Source: Verrucomicrobiota bacterium
Lineage (GTDB): Bacteria > Verrucomicrobiota > Verrucomicrobiia > Opitutales > Cerasicoccaceae
Assembly (NCBI GenBank): GCA_039818205.1
Contig: JBCBUK010000001.1
Coordinates: forward strand, 64,001 to 128,000
DNA: 64,000 nucleotides
Direction of reading: 5' to 3'
Within the stretch, counting starts at the first letter, position 1; the number at the start of each line of letters is the position of its first letter. Positions 10,304-20,589 of the stretch are shown piece by piece. Position numbers and translations under genes: made by a program. The notes beneath the pieces are model-generated. The model saw nothing but the letters and a program-made list of their open reading frames with translations, was not told the origin of the DNA and searched no databases.

Positions 10304-11398
10304 TTACTTACTCAGGCAAGCGATCGCCAGATCCCGCATCACGGACTCCTGGTCTTGATGTTTGCGCATCAGATCTTCGAAGGCCGCAGTAAAGGCGACT
10401 TGGAAATCGACCAGTTTGGGCAGCGCTAACTTCGCGGCACCTGGCGCAATCTTGTTACCCAAATACCAAAGGTTTTGGGTAAACACGTTGTAGGCGCTCT
10501 TGTCGTCGAAATCTCCAAAATGCCGCTGATACTTGCGAGCTGCAGCCTCAAAAGCCGGTTTGCCAAAACCTCGCGGCCCCAGCTTTAACTCACCCGAATC
10601 CATCAACACGCGCAGTTGGATCATGAGCCGATTGCGATTTTGGAGTGTGCTAATTAGCGGGCGAGCCTCTTTATGAATGAAGAAATATCGACGCAAGGCA
10701 TCGAGTGTCCAATTCAGATCCAGGGAAAAAAATGCTTCGGCTGCTTCAAAGAAGTCGCCCTCACCAAAATGTGGCGTCATTTGAGTGACGACCTCCTCGG
10801 AAACTTCGCCACCGCCCTCACCCACATAAGTCGCCAGCTTGCGCGTTTCCTCCAGAACGAGCCGTGTATTTCCGCCGACCAATCCGATCAACGCCTGCGC
10901 GGCACCCTGGGAAAAAGTAACCTCAAGCCGTCGACTCTCAGTCGCAATGAGGTCCAATAAAAAATCATCGTTCGTGCCCGACTTGAGATCCGTATACTCG
11001 GCGTTCTTGGCGAACCATTTAAATTCCTTGCGCCGACGATCGACTGGATGCGCGGTGATTAAGACGTCCACAGCGGCAGGATCGAGCCCTTCAAGTTCGC
11101 TTTGCCACTCAGCCACGAGAGTCTTGGTGCGTTCCGCCCGCCCGGTCACGCTGTCGGCCAGGAAACTGACATCCTTGAGCCAAATAACCTTCTTGTCGCC
11201 AAACATGGAGAGCGTCTGCGTCGCACTGCGAAACTGGTTGAGTGCGGCCTCAACCTCCGAAACATTCTGCGCGGCCCCATCGATTGTTTCCTTAGCGAAA
11301 TCATCCGCGATATCCTTAGTCATCTCCGCAAACACGGTCTGGGCCTCGCGTGTCACGAGGAAGTCGTCGTCACCACAGATGAAGGTAAAGGGTTTCAT
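10304..11398 (-). CDS. holA: DNA polymerase III subunit delta
   Basis: FICGDDDFLV start, TLSMFGDKKVIWLK, D.RRK.FK, AAQALIGLVG, EETRKL pattern; typical size. Confidence 0.85.
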   Translation of the reverse strand: MKPFTFICGDDDFLVTREAQTVFAEMTKDIADDFAKETIDGAAQNVSEVEAALNQFRSATQTLSMFGDKKVIWLKDVSFLADSVTGRAERTKTLVAEWQSELEGLDPAAVDVLITAHPVDRRRKEFKWFAKNAEYTDLKSGTNDDFLLDLIATESRRLEVTFSQGAAQALIGLVGGNTRLVLEETRKLATYVGEGGGEVSEEVVTQMTPHFGEGDFFEAAEAFFSLDLNWTLDALRRYFFIHKEARPLISTLQNRNRLMIQLRVLMDSGELKLGPRGFGKPAFEAAARKYQRHFGDFDDKSAYNVFTQNLWYLGNKIAPGAAKLALPKLVDFQVAFTAAFEDLMRKHQDQESVMRDLAIACLSK

Positions 11399-11528
11399 GA
11401 AAACAATTGAGCACTAGTTCAGGACAAGATGCGGGCCGAGGCAAAACGAAAATTCATTCCCCATAGCCAATCGCAGCAGAACACAATTTTTGCTGACGTG
11501 AGCCCGACATCCTTTATGCATCAAAACC

Positions 11529-11996
11529 ATGTATTGGAAAAACTGCCTGAGCCTGTTGTTCATTGCGATCGGTGGGACCCTAACCTCGCTGGCGGCGCCT
11601 ACCGCAGAGATTGAAGCCAAAGAAGCCGCCGCGCGCTGGCTAAAGGTGATTGACCAGCACGAGTATGGCGAAGCTTGGGCTCGCTGCGCGCCCTACTTTC
11701 GCACTCAGATCGAACGGGAAGCGTTCGTATCCGGCCTGGAAGAGGCTCGGACTCCTGTGGGCAAGCCCGAATCTCGCAAGCTGACTCGCCTCTTCTATAC
11801 AACCACGCTACCACAGGCACCGATGGCCCATTACGTTGTCATACAATTTGAAACGAAGTTCGAGGGACGTGAAGAACCAATTATTGAAACAATTACCCCC
11901 ATGCTCATCGATGCAAACGGCGATCCCGTATCCATTTTAGAAAACCCTACCAGCCAAAATGGTACCTGGTTGATTTCTGGCTACTACTTCCAATAA
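11529..11996 (+). CDS. Secreted DUF4019-like protein
   Basis: Signal peptide; AA..WL..ID...Y..AW, R.P.G...SR, YVVIQFETKF, ETITP, W.ISGY pattern. Confidence 0.75.
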   Translation: MYWKNCLSLLFIAIGGTLTSLAAPTAEIEAKEAAARWLKVIDQHEYGEAWARCAPYFRTQIEREAFVSGLEEARTPVGKPESRKLTRLFYTTTLPQAPMAHYVVIQFETKFEGREEPIIETITPMLIDANGDPVSILENPTSQNGTWLISGYYFQ

Positions 11997-12080
11997 TGCC
12001 GGTTCGGCTAACATTTTTCTAGAATATCGGAACCGACTTTCGGTTGCACTGTCGATGTTTGTTCTTAATCTCCAATCTGA

Positions 12081-13961
12081 ATGATTCGCGCCGGTATCTT
12101 CTTTTTCATCAGCCTGTTCGGTGTTTTTACGCATGTAATTGCCAAGGATAGCGCAACCACCTCAACCGATACACTTCCCCTGTCCGAGATTAAGCCGGGC
12201 ATGCAGGGCACTTGGCGAACTGTAGTCGAGGGATCCAAGATTGAAGAATACCGTTTTGAGGTCATTGGCGTATCGCCGAATTTCGTCGGACCACGTGCGC
12301 CTGTCATTATTGCAAAGGCACTTGATGACTCACAGATCCTCAGTGGTCCAGTCGCCGGAATGAGCGGAAGCCCCTGCTATATCGGCGACAAAATGATCGG
12401 TGCCTACGCCTATGGTTTTACTTGGCCCAAAGAACAGGCGATTATTGGAATTACACCGATTGACGAGATGCTAGCCGTCTTCGAGAAAGGCCGACCAGGC
12501 AACAATTCCACAGCGGGTGAAGCCTCTCGGAAGTCGGGTCCCGTCATGATTCGACGCTTACCTGGCCCAGCGAAGCGACTGGGTTTTCCAACAATTAGTC
12601 GGTCTCTCGAAAAGCCTGATACTCCCATTGAACTTGAAACCACTTCCACTCAAGTTGGGGAATTAGCTAATTTCAGCAGCCCAGAGAATATGGCGGCGGT
12701 TTTGTCGCCCCTACCTACTCCATTAATGGTTGGAGGCCTCTCTGGAAAAGCGGCGGATTTCTTTTCACCTTACGCGCGAGAAATGGGATTCGAACTGATG
12801 TCGAGCCCGGTCGGAAGCGCGGACCATTTAACCGGAGATGACCTCATTCCTGGGGCGCCAGTCGCCGGAATTTTACTCGGGGGCGACTTCCCCATTTCTG
12901 CCGTGGGAACCTGTACCTGGAGGGAAGATGACGACCTCTTGGCGTTCGGACATCCTTTCCTCCAAGGTGGACCGGTCGATATTCCCATTGCACCTGCAGA
13001 AATAATGGCCGTGGTGCAGACCTACCCCAGTTCATTTAAGTTAGCCAATACCGGTAAGCCCGTTGGTTCAATTTACCAGGATCGATTGACCGCCGTTGCC
13101 GGTGAAATCGGCCGCATGGCCTCCGTAACTAACTATCAGGTCAACGTGACCGATCCCAGCGACACTACCCGAAGCTATCAGGGTGACCTATTTCAAAACG
13201 AGCTCATATCGCCCATGATTGCTGCAATCGGCCTGATGATGAGCACGACCGCGACACTGGAAGTCGAAGACGAACAGAGTTATGGTGTCGAAGTCATTGC
13301 CGAGTATGATGGACATGAACCAGTGACCTGGCAGCAATTCGGATCCGGTTCCCTTGGATTGTCCAGTATCACCTTTGGTGTCTGGGACATGCTTGGAACA
13401 ATCGCTGAAAATCCTTTTGAAAAAGCCAATCTAGCCAAGCTCACCATCAACATCACGATCTCGACTGGCCGCGACAATATTGCGATGGATCGCATCCAAT
13501 TGCTCTCCGGCCAACCGAAACCGGGGGACTCAGTCGAAGTCTCGATCGGGCTGCGCAACTTCCGCGATGAGTCCAAGCGAACTCGGGTCAGTGCAATCAT
13601 CCCTGAGGGAACGAGCGGCGAAAATCTTTATTTATTCGTGGGCGATTCGCGAGCGGCGGACCGCATCGACGATGGTTACTCACGCTCGGTTGCCAGCCTC
13701 GATGAACTTCTGGATTATTATCGCACACGTCGCGACAATGAACGCATCTATGTGAAGTTATTGCGCCGCACCACAGGTCTGCGGACGAATGACCAATCCC
13801 TTTATGAGCTGCCCCCATCGGCAATGAAACTCATCCAGTCCTCACGAACCATCGAACCACACACTTCGTTGCGGGAAATCACCCTTTGGGAAACGTCAAT
13901 TGAAACGGACGGATCTTTCACCGGATCCCACCGATTCACAATCCCCATTGCCAAACGCTAA
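12081..13961 (+). CDS. Secreted SpoIVB/peptidase S55-like protein (circularly permuted)
   Basis: Signal peptide; AGMSGSP serine motif near the N-terminus and GTCTW...LAFGHPF histidine motif later. Confidence 0.8.
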   Translation: MIRAGIFFFISLFGVFTHVIAKDSATTSTDTLPLSEIKPGMQGTWRTVVEGSKIEEYRFEVIGVSPNFVGPRAPVIIAKALDDSQILSGPVAGMSGSPCYIGDKMIGAYAYGFTWPKEQAIIGITPIDEMLAVFEKGRPGNNSTAGEASRKSGPVMIRRLPGPAKRLGFPTISRSLEKPDTPIELETTSTQVGELANFSSPENMAAVLSPLPTPLMVGGLSGKAADFFSPYAREMGFELMSSPVGSADHLTGDDLIPGAPVAGILLGGDFPISAVGTCTWREDDDLLAFGHPFLQGGPVDIPIAPAEIMAVVQTYPSSFKLANTGKPVGSIYQDRLTAVAGEIGRMASVTNYQVNVTDPSDTTRSYQGDLFQNELISPMIAAIGLMMSTTATLEVEDEQSYGVEVIAEYDGHEPVTWQQFGSGSLGLSSITFGVWDMLGTIAENPFEKANLAKLTINITISTGRDNIAMDRIQLLSGQPKPGDSVEVSIGLRNFRDESKRTRVSAIIPEGTSGENLYLFVGDSRAADRIDDGYSRSVASLDELLDYYRTRRDNERIYVKLLRRTTGLRTNDQSLYELPPSAMKLIQSSRTIEPHTSLREITLWETSIETDGSFTGSHRFTIPIAKR

Positions 13962-13978
13962 TACTTTCTGAAATCAAC

Positions 13979-16153
13979 ATGAAGAAGATCGGACTCGTCC
14001 TACTGTCACTCTCGGCAATCACCACCTACGCGGTTCGCACTCAATCGATGACGCAGGACTCTTACGCTGAGTTCTTTGCCGGAGATTTGGAGAACGTGTC
14101 CCTCGATAATCTCGGTGGTTTACAACCTGGTCCGGCACTTGATGAGGTGGTCGTTCTGGAGGATTCCGTAATCTTTAGCGCGGTCGCCGACAGCAAAGGC
14201 ACGCTCTACCTAGGAACCGGTAATCATGGCAGCGTCTACCGACTGGATCCTGGCGCAGAAGAGCCCACCCTCCTCTTCAATCCAGACTCGATCATGACCC
14301 GCGCGCTCGCCATTGACGAAGCGGGCAATCTTTACGCCGGGACATCGCCCGATGGTGCCGTTTACCGCATTTCCCCCAATGGACGTCCCGAAGTCTACTT
14401 TGATCCGCCAGGTCTCTACATCTGGGATCTCAAGTTTGATGACGACGGCAACCTCTACGTAGCCACTGGCGGGGATGCAAAAATTTATAAGTTACCACCA
14501 AATTTCGGCCTCAATGATGAGCCCATTGAGTATTTCTCGAGCGACCGTACCCATTTCACCCGAATGGCATGGGATCGAAATGGAGATCTCATCGTTGGCA
14601 GTGGTCCGGACGCCTACCTGTATCGCATTAAGGGAGAGGGCGAAGGCGAGGTGCTCTATAGCTCGGGTACCGAAGAAATTGCCAACGTAGCGGTTGTCGA
14701 CGACGACATTTACTTCACCACCTGGCACAAAAAAAGTAGCGAGGACAAGCCAACAACAAACCTAGCTGAGCTTCTCGCAAAATTCCTCGGAAAGGCCAAC
14801 GGCGACGATGATGATGACGACAAGAAAGACGAGAATGGTGCCTCCAAGGCACCGAGCTTTCTTCTGAAACTTGATTCGGAAGGTTTCGTCAGCCCCGTTT
14901 GGTCACCTGGTGGTTCGAACATCCAGTATCTTGTTCCAGATAACAAGAGTGGCTTCTGGATCGGATCGGACAAAAATGGACGGATTTATTCAGTTGCGGA
15001 TTCTGACTCTTGGAGCCTGGTCAACCAAGCACCTCGCGAAGGGGGCGTATCGGCCATCCTCACGAATGTGGGTCCTGACCTATACACCTACGTTTGCACC
15101 AGCAATCCGGCAGTCGTATATCGCCTGAATGGCAAAGCCACCGAAGACCTTCCGAAATACACCAGCGAGCCCATTGATGCAGGGACCGTCGCGCGGTGGG
15201 GCCGCCTGCGTCCACTTGGCGCTCCGGCTAGCAGCGAAGGGATCACCTTTGAAACCCGTTCCGGCAATGCTTCCGAACCTGACGACACCTGGAGCGATTG
15301 GACCGATTTGGATGAGGGAACGGTTGCCTCCCCGCCCGCACGTTTCCTGCAATACCGCGTAAATTTTGCTGACAGCAAGGCCCGGCTCAATGGGCTGACA
15401 GCCTATTTCGGTGCCCGCAATCTCGCTCCGCTGGTGGCAGAAGTGAATGTCATCCCGGCGGGGTTGAATATCGTAACAAACGTCAGTCCGGTTCGCCCAC
15501 CGATCAACGCAAAGGAGCTCACAAATTCCAGCAAAGTTACTGCCGCACTCGCGAAGGGCCCGCCCAAGAGCACCAAAGTAGTCGTTGCAGAAGACACCGG
15601 GGCTATCTCAGTGGCGTGGAGCGCGATCGATCCGAATGGCGACCAATTAAGCTATTCCGTCGAGATCAAGGAAGAAGACGAAGATGATTGGGTTCTTTTT
15701 TCCGACGAGCAAATGAGCCCCGCCTACTCGACTCCGACCCGTGGTTTTACCGATGGCTATTATCGGTTTCGGATAAACGCCAGCGATGCTCCGAGCAACA
15801 TTCCCAGCGATACCTTGACTGGTTCAATGATCAGTCGTCCATTTCTGATCGATAACACGAGCCCTGAAATTAAGCTTCACAATCAAACAACCAACAGTGA
15901 TGGTGCGACGGTCTTAGTATTTGTTGCTTCCGATAAATGGGCGATTATAAACTCTGCAGGCTATCGCTTAAATGGGCAGGCTTCCGTCGAAGCCGTCCCG
16001 ACCGACGCGTTGTTTGATTCCAACGAAGAGATCTTCCGTTTAGTTCTGCCGAACCTGAAATCAGGCACCAACAGTATTGTATTCAAAGCAGTGGACGAAC
16101 TCGGCAATCGCGGCGTAAGCAAAGCTACTTTTCAGGTCGAGGATTCGCAGTAG
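13979..16153 (+). CDS. Secreted beta-propeller protein with C-terminal beta-sandwich domains
   Basis: Signal peptide; repeated 'D..G.LY.GT...G.VYR' blades; starts 18 bp after the S55 gene. Confidence 0.75.
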   Translation: MKKIGLVLLSLSAITTYAVRTQSMTQDSYAEFFAGDLENVSLDNLGGLQPGPALDEVVVLEDSVIFSAVADSKGTLYLGTGNHGSVYRLDPGAEEPTLLFNPDSIMTRALAIDEAGNLYAGTSPDGAVYRISPNGRPEVYFDPPGLYIWDLKFDDDGNLYVATGGDAKIYKLPPNFGLNDEPIEYFSSDRTHFTRMAWDRNGDLIVGSGPDAYLYRIKGEGEGEVLYSSGTEEIANVAVVDDDIYFTTWHKKSSEDKPTTNLAELLAKFLGKANGDDDDDDKKDENGASKAPSFLLKLDSEGFVSPVWSPGGSNIQYLVPDNKSGFWIGSDKNGRIYSVADSDSWSLVNQAPREGGVSAILTNVGPDLYTYVCTSNPAVVYRLNGKATEDLPKYTSEPIDAGTVARWGRLRPLGAPASSEGITFETRSGNASEPDDTWSDWTDLDEGTVASPPARFLQYRVNFADSKARLNGLTAYFGARNLAPLVAEVNVIPAGLNIVTNVSPVRPPINAKELTNSSKVTAALAKGPPKSTKVVVAEDTGAISVAWSAIDPNGDQLSYSVEIKEEDEDDWVLFSDEQMSPAYSTPTRGFTDGYYRFRINASDAPSNIPSDTLTGSMISRPFLIDNTSPEIKLHNQTTNSDGATVLVFVASDKWAIINSAGYRLNGQASVEAVPTDALFDSNEEIFRLVLPNLKSGTNSIVFKAVDELGNRGVSKATFQVEDSQ

Positions 16154-16196
16154 TTGAGACTTCCAGTCTCCGATCTGGAATCGGTATCAACGGAGA

Positions 16197-16736
16197 CTAA
16201 CCGGCAAAAAATGCGTCTTCCCCGTAACCACGTTGGATGCCCCAGATCATCCGAAAGCTGGGCGCATATTTCCGGCGATCGTTTCGAATCAGTTCGTCGA
16301 GATCATCGGGATTAAGCCAAGCGCCTTCGTCGATTTCTTCTGGTTCGGGAACAATAGGGCCATTCCAACTCAAGCGATAAACCTGAATAAACTCCTCACC
16401 CGTTTTGCGGCAAGCCGGATGCTTAAAGAGTAGATCCATCTCGTCGCCTGTGCCAAGTGGGATGCCGAGTTCCTCCTCCAATTCGCGCTTCGCAGCTTCG
16501 TCGTAAGACTCTCCGGCATCGACATGACCAGAAGCCGAGGTGGTCCACGCACCCGGCATTTGGTCTTTGTTCATCGAGCGCTTCTGCAAATAGAGTTGCC
16601 CATCCGAATTATAAACGAGGATGTGCACCGCGCGATGCCGCAGCCCTTGGGCGTGGACGAATCCTCGGGTGGCTTGATCAATAACCTGGTCGTTCTCGTC
16701 GACGACATCAAAGAGTTCATTGGGGGAAGAAGGCAT
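16197..16736 (-). CDS. Nudix hydrolase (YfcD/IDI-like branch)
   Basis: Nudix box GHVDAGESYDEAAKRELEEELGI; DVVDENDQVI, HRAVHILV, LQKRS..K. Confidence 0.85.
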   Translation of the reverse strand: MPSSPNELFDVVDENDQVIDQATRGFVHAQGLRHRAVHILVYNSDGQLYLQKRSMNKDQMPGAWTTSASGHVDAGESYDEAAKRELEEELGIPLGTGDEMDLLFKHPACRKTGEEFIQVYRLSWNGPIVPEPEEIDEGAWLNPDDLDELIRNDRRKYAPSFRMIWGIQRGYGEDAFFAG

Positions 16737-16914
16737 CTTTGTGATTCAGAAGATGTTCAAAATTAGACTCTTATAGTTATCGAACGCAAGGTTCATCGCT
16801 TTATCAAAAGATTCATTATTCCGGAAAAAATCTGGCCCATTCGTTGCTTATCTAGAATTATCTTGCCAAGGATCCTATTGCGAACAAATCTCTTTAAGTT
16901 TTATTATTATTGCT

Positions 16915-17790
16915 ATGGAAGTTATTAGAGCTGACAGTGCTGGTTTTTGTTGGGGAGTCGAACGCGCCATTGATATCGCGGCCAAATTTGCTGCTGAAGG
17001 CAAGCGCCCCGTCTACACTGATGGTCCTTTAATCCACAATAGCCAGATGATGGAACGCCTTGAGGCGACTGGCATCAAAGAGGTTGGTGACTACCAGAGT
17101 AAGTCTGACCTGCGGGTTTCAGACGAAGACCGCGAGAACGGCGTGCTCGTCGTGCGCGCTCACGGAATTTCCCCTGAACGCCGCTCCTACCTCAAGAGCC
17201 TCGGAATGAATTTCAAGGACGCGACCTGCCCGGACGTGGGTATCATCGCTGGAAAGATTAAAATGCATGCCCGCAAAGGCTATGCGACCGTCATTTTTGG
17301 TGATCCAAAGCACCCGGAAGTCATCGGCTTGATGGGTTATACGGAAGATCGCGGCTATGTAGTAAAGACCGAAGAAGAAGTCCGCGCGCTGCCAGACGAT
17401 CTCGGCGACCAAGTCTGCATGGTCTCTCAGTCGACTATGTTCACCGACGAATTTGAGCGCCTGTCGGGCATCCTCCGCGAGCGGTTCCCAGAATCCAAGG
17501 TCTTCGATACCATTTGTGGCGCAACTAAAGAACGCCAGAGTGACATCCACGTTCTCATGGAAAAAGGGGCCGAAGCGATCGTCGTAGTTGGTGGACGCCA
17601 TAGTGCCAACACCATGAAATTGGCCGCGTTGGTAGAAAAAACCGGCCTCCCTGCGTATCATGTTGAGACCGTTGGCGAGTTGGACTGCAAGCATTTGAAT
17701 GACAACTACACCCGGGTTGGAGTCACCGCCGGGGCCTCGACCCCCGAGTTCCTGATCAAAGAGGTCGTCGAGGTGCTACAGTCCGCCTAA
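16915..17790 (+). CDS. ispH: 4-hydroxy-3-methylbut-2-enyl diphosphate reductase
   Basis: GFCWGVERA, LIHN, AHG, DATCP, TICGATKERQ, VGVTAGASTP; three Fe-S cysteines present. Confidence 0.96.
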   Translation: MEVIRADSAGFCWGVERAIDIAAKFAAEGKRPVYTDGPLIHNSQMMERLEATGIKEVGDYQSKSDLRVSDEDRENGVLVVRAHGISPERRSYLKSLGMNFKDATCPDVGIIAGKIKMHARKGYATVIFGDPKHPEVIGLMGYTEDRGYVVKTEEEVRALPDDLGDQVCMVSQSTMFTDEFERLSGILRERFPESKVFDTICGATKERQSDIHVLMEKGAEAIVVVGGRHSANTMKLAALVEKTGLPAYHVETVGELDCKHLNDNYTRVGVTAGASTPEFLIKEVVEVLQSA

Positions 17791-17821
17791 TCGGGCCGGT
17801 TAACATAAGTGTAAACCACAG

Positions 17822-17848
17822 CCCGGGACTTGTCTTCCCGGGTTTTTT
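17822..17848 (+). terminator. Rho-independent terminator after ispH
   Basis: CCCGGGA-cttgtct-TCCCGGG followed by TTTTTT. Confidence 0.75.
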
Positions 17849-17888
17849 CGTGTAGAAATCCAACAATTAGGAGTTAGTATAAAGCGCC

Positions 17889-19298
17889 ATGTCCGAATTT
17901 GACCTTTCACGCCTAGTCAACGAACGCGCCGGCGAAAATTACGATCTGCACGATCGCTACATGAACCGAACCTTGGTGAAAGTATTGAACACCATCGGTT
18001 TCGACCAGGTATATACGCGTGCGAAAGGAAGCTATCTTTACGATGCAGACGGCAATGATTACCTTGATTTCCTGAGCGGTTATGGCGTTTACAATATCGG
18101 ACGCAACCACCCGGTCGTGGCGCAGGCCATTCGCGATGCCACCAACCTCGATCTGCCGAATATGGTCCAAATGGACTGCGCCCTGCTCAGCGGTTTGTTG
18201 GCGGAAAAACTGGTCGAGACTACGCCGAAGCACCTGGATGCCGTATTCTTCTGTAATTCTGGCGCTGAGGCGGTTGAAGGCGCATTCAAGTTTGCCCGTG
18301 CGGCTACTGGAAGGAACAAAATCCTCTCGCTCAGTGGCGCTTATCATGGATTAACCTACGGGGCCCTCTCCGCCACCAACAACGGAAATTTTCAAGAAGG
18401 CTTTGGCCAACTGCTAACTGGCGTCGAAAAAGTTGATCACGGCGATCTAAACCAGCTCGAAGACGTGCTGAAGCGTGGCGATGTCGCCGCCTTCATTGCT
18501 GAGCCCGTTCAGGGTAAAGGCGTCTATTTTCCCTCAGGCGACTATTTCGAGCAAGCCCAGTCCCTTTGCCGCCGCTACGGCGCCTTGTTCATCATGGACG
18601 AGGTCCAAACCGGATTTGGGCGGACTGGCAAGATGTGGGGCTTCGAACACTGGAACCTCGAGCCGGACATCATCACTGTCGCCAAGGCTCTATCCGGTGG
18701 TTATGTTCCGGCGGCTGGGTTTGTGACACGGCGAGAGATTCACCAGAAGGTGTTTTCGCGCCTCGATCGCTGCGTGGTCCACTCGACTACCTTTGGGCGC
18801 AATAACTTGGCGATGGTTTGCGGTTTGGCGACCATCCATATCCTGAAACATGAGCGCCTCATTGAAAACGCCACCTGGGCTGGCCAATTGTTTGAAAAAG
18901 GCCTCTTAGAGCTCCAGAACCGGCACGAACTGATCAAAGAAGTGCGGGTAAAAGGCTGCATGGTTGCCGTCGAGTTTGGTGAACCGCGGTCCATGAAGAT
19001 GAAACTCGCCTGGAAGGGTATCCACGCCGTCGACAAAGGCCTGTTTCCGCAAATGGTTGTTACCCCTTTGATGACCAAGCATCGCGTCCTAACGCACGTT
19101 GCCGGGCATAATTTGGACGTGGTCAAAGCCCTCCCTCCCCTGATCGTTGGCGAAACAGAAATCAACCGATTTATTAACGGCCTCGACGACGTATTGCAGG
19201 AATGCACTCGCCTCCCGGGACCCATGTGGGATTTCGGAAAAAATCTGGTTCAGACCGCAATCAAGCAGCGAAAGTCCAAAAAGCTGACGCCAGCCTAG
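17889..19298 (+). CDS. Class III PLP aminotransferase, HpnO-like (aminohopanoid synthesis)
   Basis: YLDFLSGYGV.NIGRNHP, NSGAEAVE, EPVQGKG, DEVQTGFGRTG, AKALSGG, HSTTFG; N-terminal 'LH.RYMN..LVKVL.TIGFD' resembles HpnO. Confidence 0.75.
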   Translation: MSEFDLSRLVNERAGENYDLHDRYMNRTLVKVLNTIGFDQVYTRAKGSYLYDADGNDYLDFLSGYGVYNIGRNHPVVAQAIRDATNLDLPNMVQMDCALLSGLLAEKLVETTPKHLDAVFFCNSGAEAVEGAFKFARAATGRNKILSLSGAYHGLTYGALSATNNGNFQEGFGQLLTGVEKVDHGDLNQLEDVLKRGDVAAFIAEPVQGKGVYFPSGDYFEQAQSLCRRYGALFIMDEVQTGFGRTGKMWGFEHWNLEPDIITVAKALSGGYVPAAGFVTRREIHQKVFSRLDRCVVHSTTFGRNNLAMVCGLATIHILKHERLIENATWAGQLFEKGLLELQNRHELIKEVRVKGCMVAVEFGEPRSMKMKLAWKGIHAVDKGLFPQMVVTPLMTKHRVLTHVAGHNLDVVKALPPLIVGETEINRFINGLDDVLQECTRLPGPMWDFGKNLVQTAIKQRKSKKLTPA

Positions 19299-20467
19299 AC
19301 GGGCTGAATTTCGACCTGTCGGCCAACAATTGAAAAATTGTCGGCCACTTGTTCTGGTGTTTCCATCTGGGAGACGCAGCAGGACAAGTTTGGATTTTGC
19401 AGGGCCCAGAGATATGCTTTCGCAAATGTGGTGAGGTTTTCGTCAGGAATCGCCGTGTTTAACTTACCGACTCGCCAGTCTGGCTGCTCCTCCATCTTAA
19501 ACAATCGAGCAACCTTCATTGCGATCGTTCCAACGCCGTTTTCTTTGGCTTTGTAAACCAGACTTTCCAACGCCGCGTGATTGGCAATGTTGTAGGCAAA
19601 CATGACAACGTCGTAATAGCCAACATCGATTGCTTTCGAAAGATTGGCGGCGACGTCGTTGTGGAAGGAAACCGCGGAGGCTCGAATTAAGCCTTCCTGC
19701 TTAAAATCCTCGAAAATCTCGCGGACGAGCCCGTCCTCCATGAGGTCTGGCATACTGATTCCATGTGGACAGAATAAGACATCGACGTGGTCAGTTTTTA
19801 GTCGATTCAGCGAGTCTTGAAGCAGTTTCCTCGAATGCTCCTTAATCTTCTTTTTCCAGCCATTGCGGTATCCATAGTCTCGCAACAACAAGTGGCGATA
19901 GTAGGATTTTTCAAACTGGTTCTCTTGGCCATCGAAGAAGTTCATGTGATAGCCCGGCTTGAGAACGCGCCGGGCTTTCATGAGCTCGCTAAGTTCACTT
20001 TTCAGCTCACGCTTTCTCGAATCCGGCAACTCCTTGTCCAACTCCGCGAGGACCTTGTCGATGTAGCCATAAAAGTAGCTGAGTTTCGTAGACAGGAAAA
20101 CATTGTCCCGCACCTTGCTGTCATCCAGGTAGGTGCCAATCGTCTCCTCAACTTTTCCGTTACTGTACGAAGCGGCTGTATCGATGTAGTTCATGCCACA
20201 TTCAAGCTGGGCATCTAACACCGGATAGCAGGATTCGTCATTGAAAGGAAACGAACCGACCATCAGTTCAGATACCATCATGCCGGTCCTACCAAGTTGA
20301 CGATACGCCATTCCCTCCTGCCGATTTCGCCATTCGACGGAAGCTGGAGCCTGACCGGGTGCCGGCGGAGTATCCGCCGCCTCCAATCGAATACCTTGGG
20401 CAAGCGACAAGCCCGCCGAAACGGCCAACGACCGCTGAACGAACTCTCTCCGGGTAGTTTTCTTCAT
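19295..20467 (-). CDS. Aldo/keto reductase with Tat-like signal
   Basis: TTRREFV twin-arginine motif; YRQLGRTG, NYIDTAASY, LSTK, SL.RLKTDHVD. Confidence 0.85.
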   Translation of the reverse strand: MKKTTRREFVQRSLAVSAGLSLAQGIRLEAADTPPAPGQAPASVEWRNRQEGMAYRQLGRTGMMVSELMVGSFPFNDESCYPVLDAQLECGMNYIDTAASYSNGKVEETIGTYLDDSKVRDNVFLSTKLSYFYGYIDKVLAELDKELPDSRKRELKSELSELMKARRVLKPGYHMNFFDGQENQFEKSYYRHLLLRDYGYRNGWKKKIKEHSRKLLQDSLNRLKTDHVDVLFCPHGISMPDLMEDGLVREIFEDFKQEGLIRASAVSFHNDVAANLSKAIDVGYYDVVMFAYNIANHAALESLVYKAKENGVGTIAMKVARLFKMEEQPDWRVGKLNTAIPDENLTTFAKAYLWALQNPNLSCCVSQMETPEQVADNFSIVGRQVEIQPV

Positions 20468-20543
20468 CAGTTTAGGTTTTGAAGCAACAAATCAAAGTAA
20501 AGAGGCATTGGGGAGTTCTCTGAAACAGACCCTAAAGGGCAAA

Positions 20544-20574
20544 TGGAGTTCCAAGGTATTCACCTGGAACTCCA
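20544..20574 (-). terminator. Hairpin after pfp (probable terminator)
   Basis: TGGAGTTCCA-N11-TGGAACTCCA perfect 10-bp inverted repeat just downstream of the pfp stop. Confidence 0.55.
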
Positions 20575-20589
20575 CGTAAAAACTGATTC

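Noticed and set aside
16197..16736. Type 1 isopentenyl-diphosphate isomerase (idi)
   Set aside because: The catalytic Cys motif is replaced by TSASGH and a full Nudix box is present, so it is called only a Nudix hydrolase.
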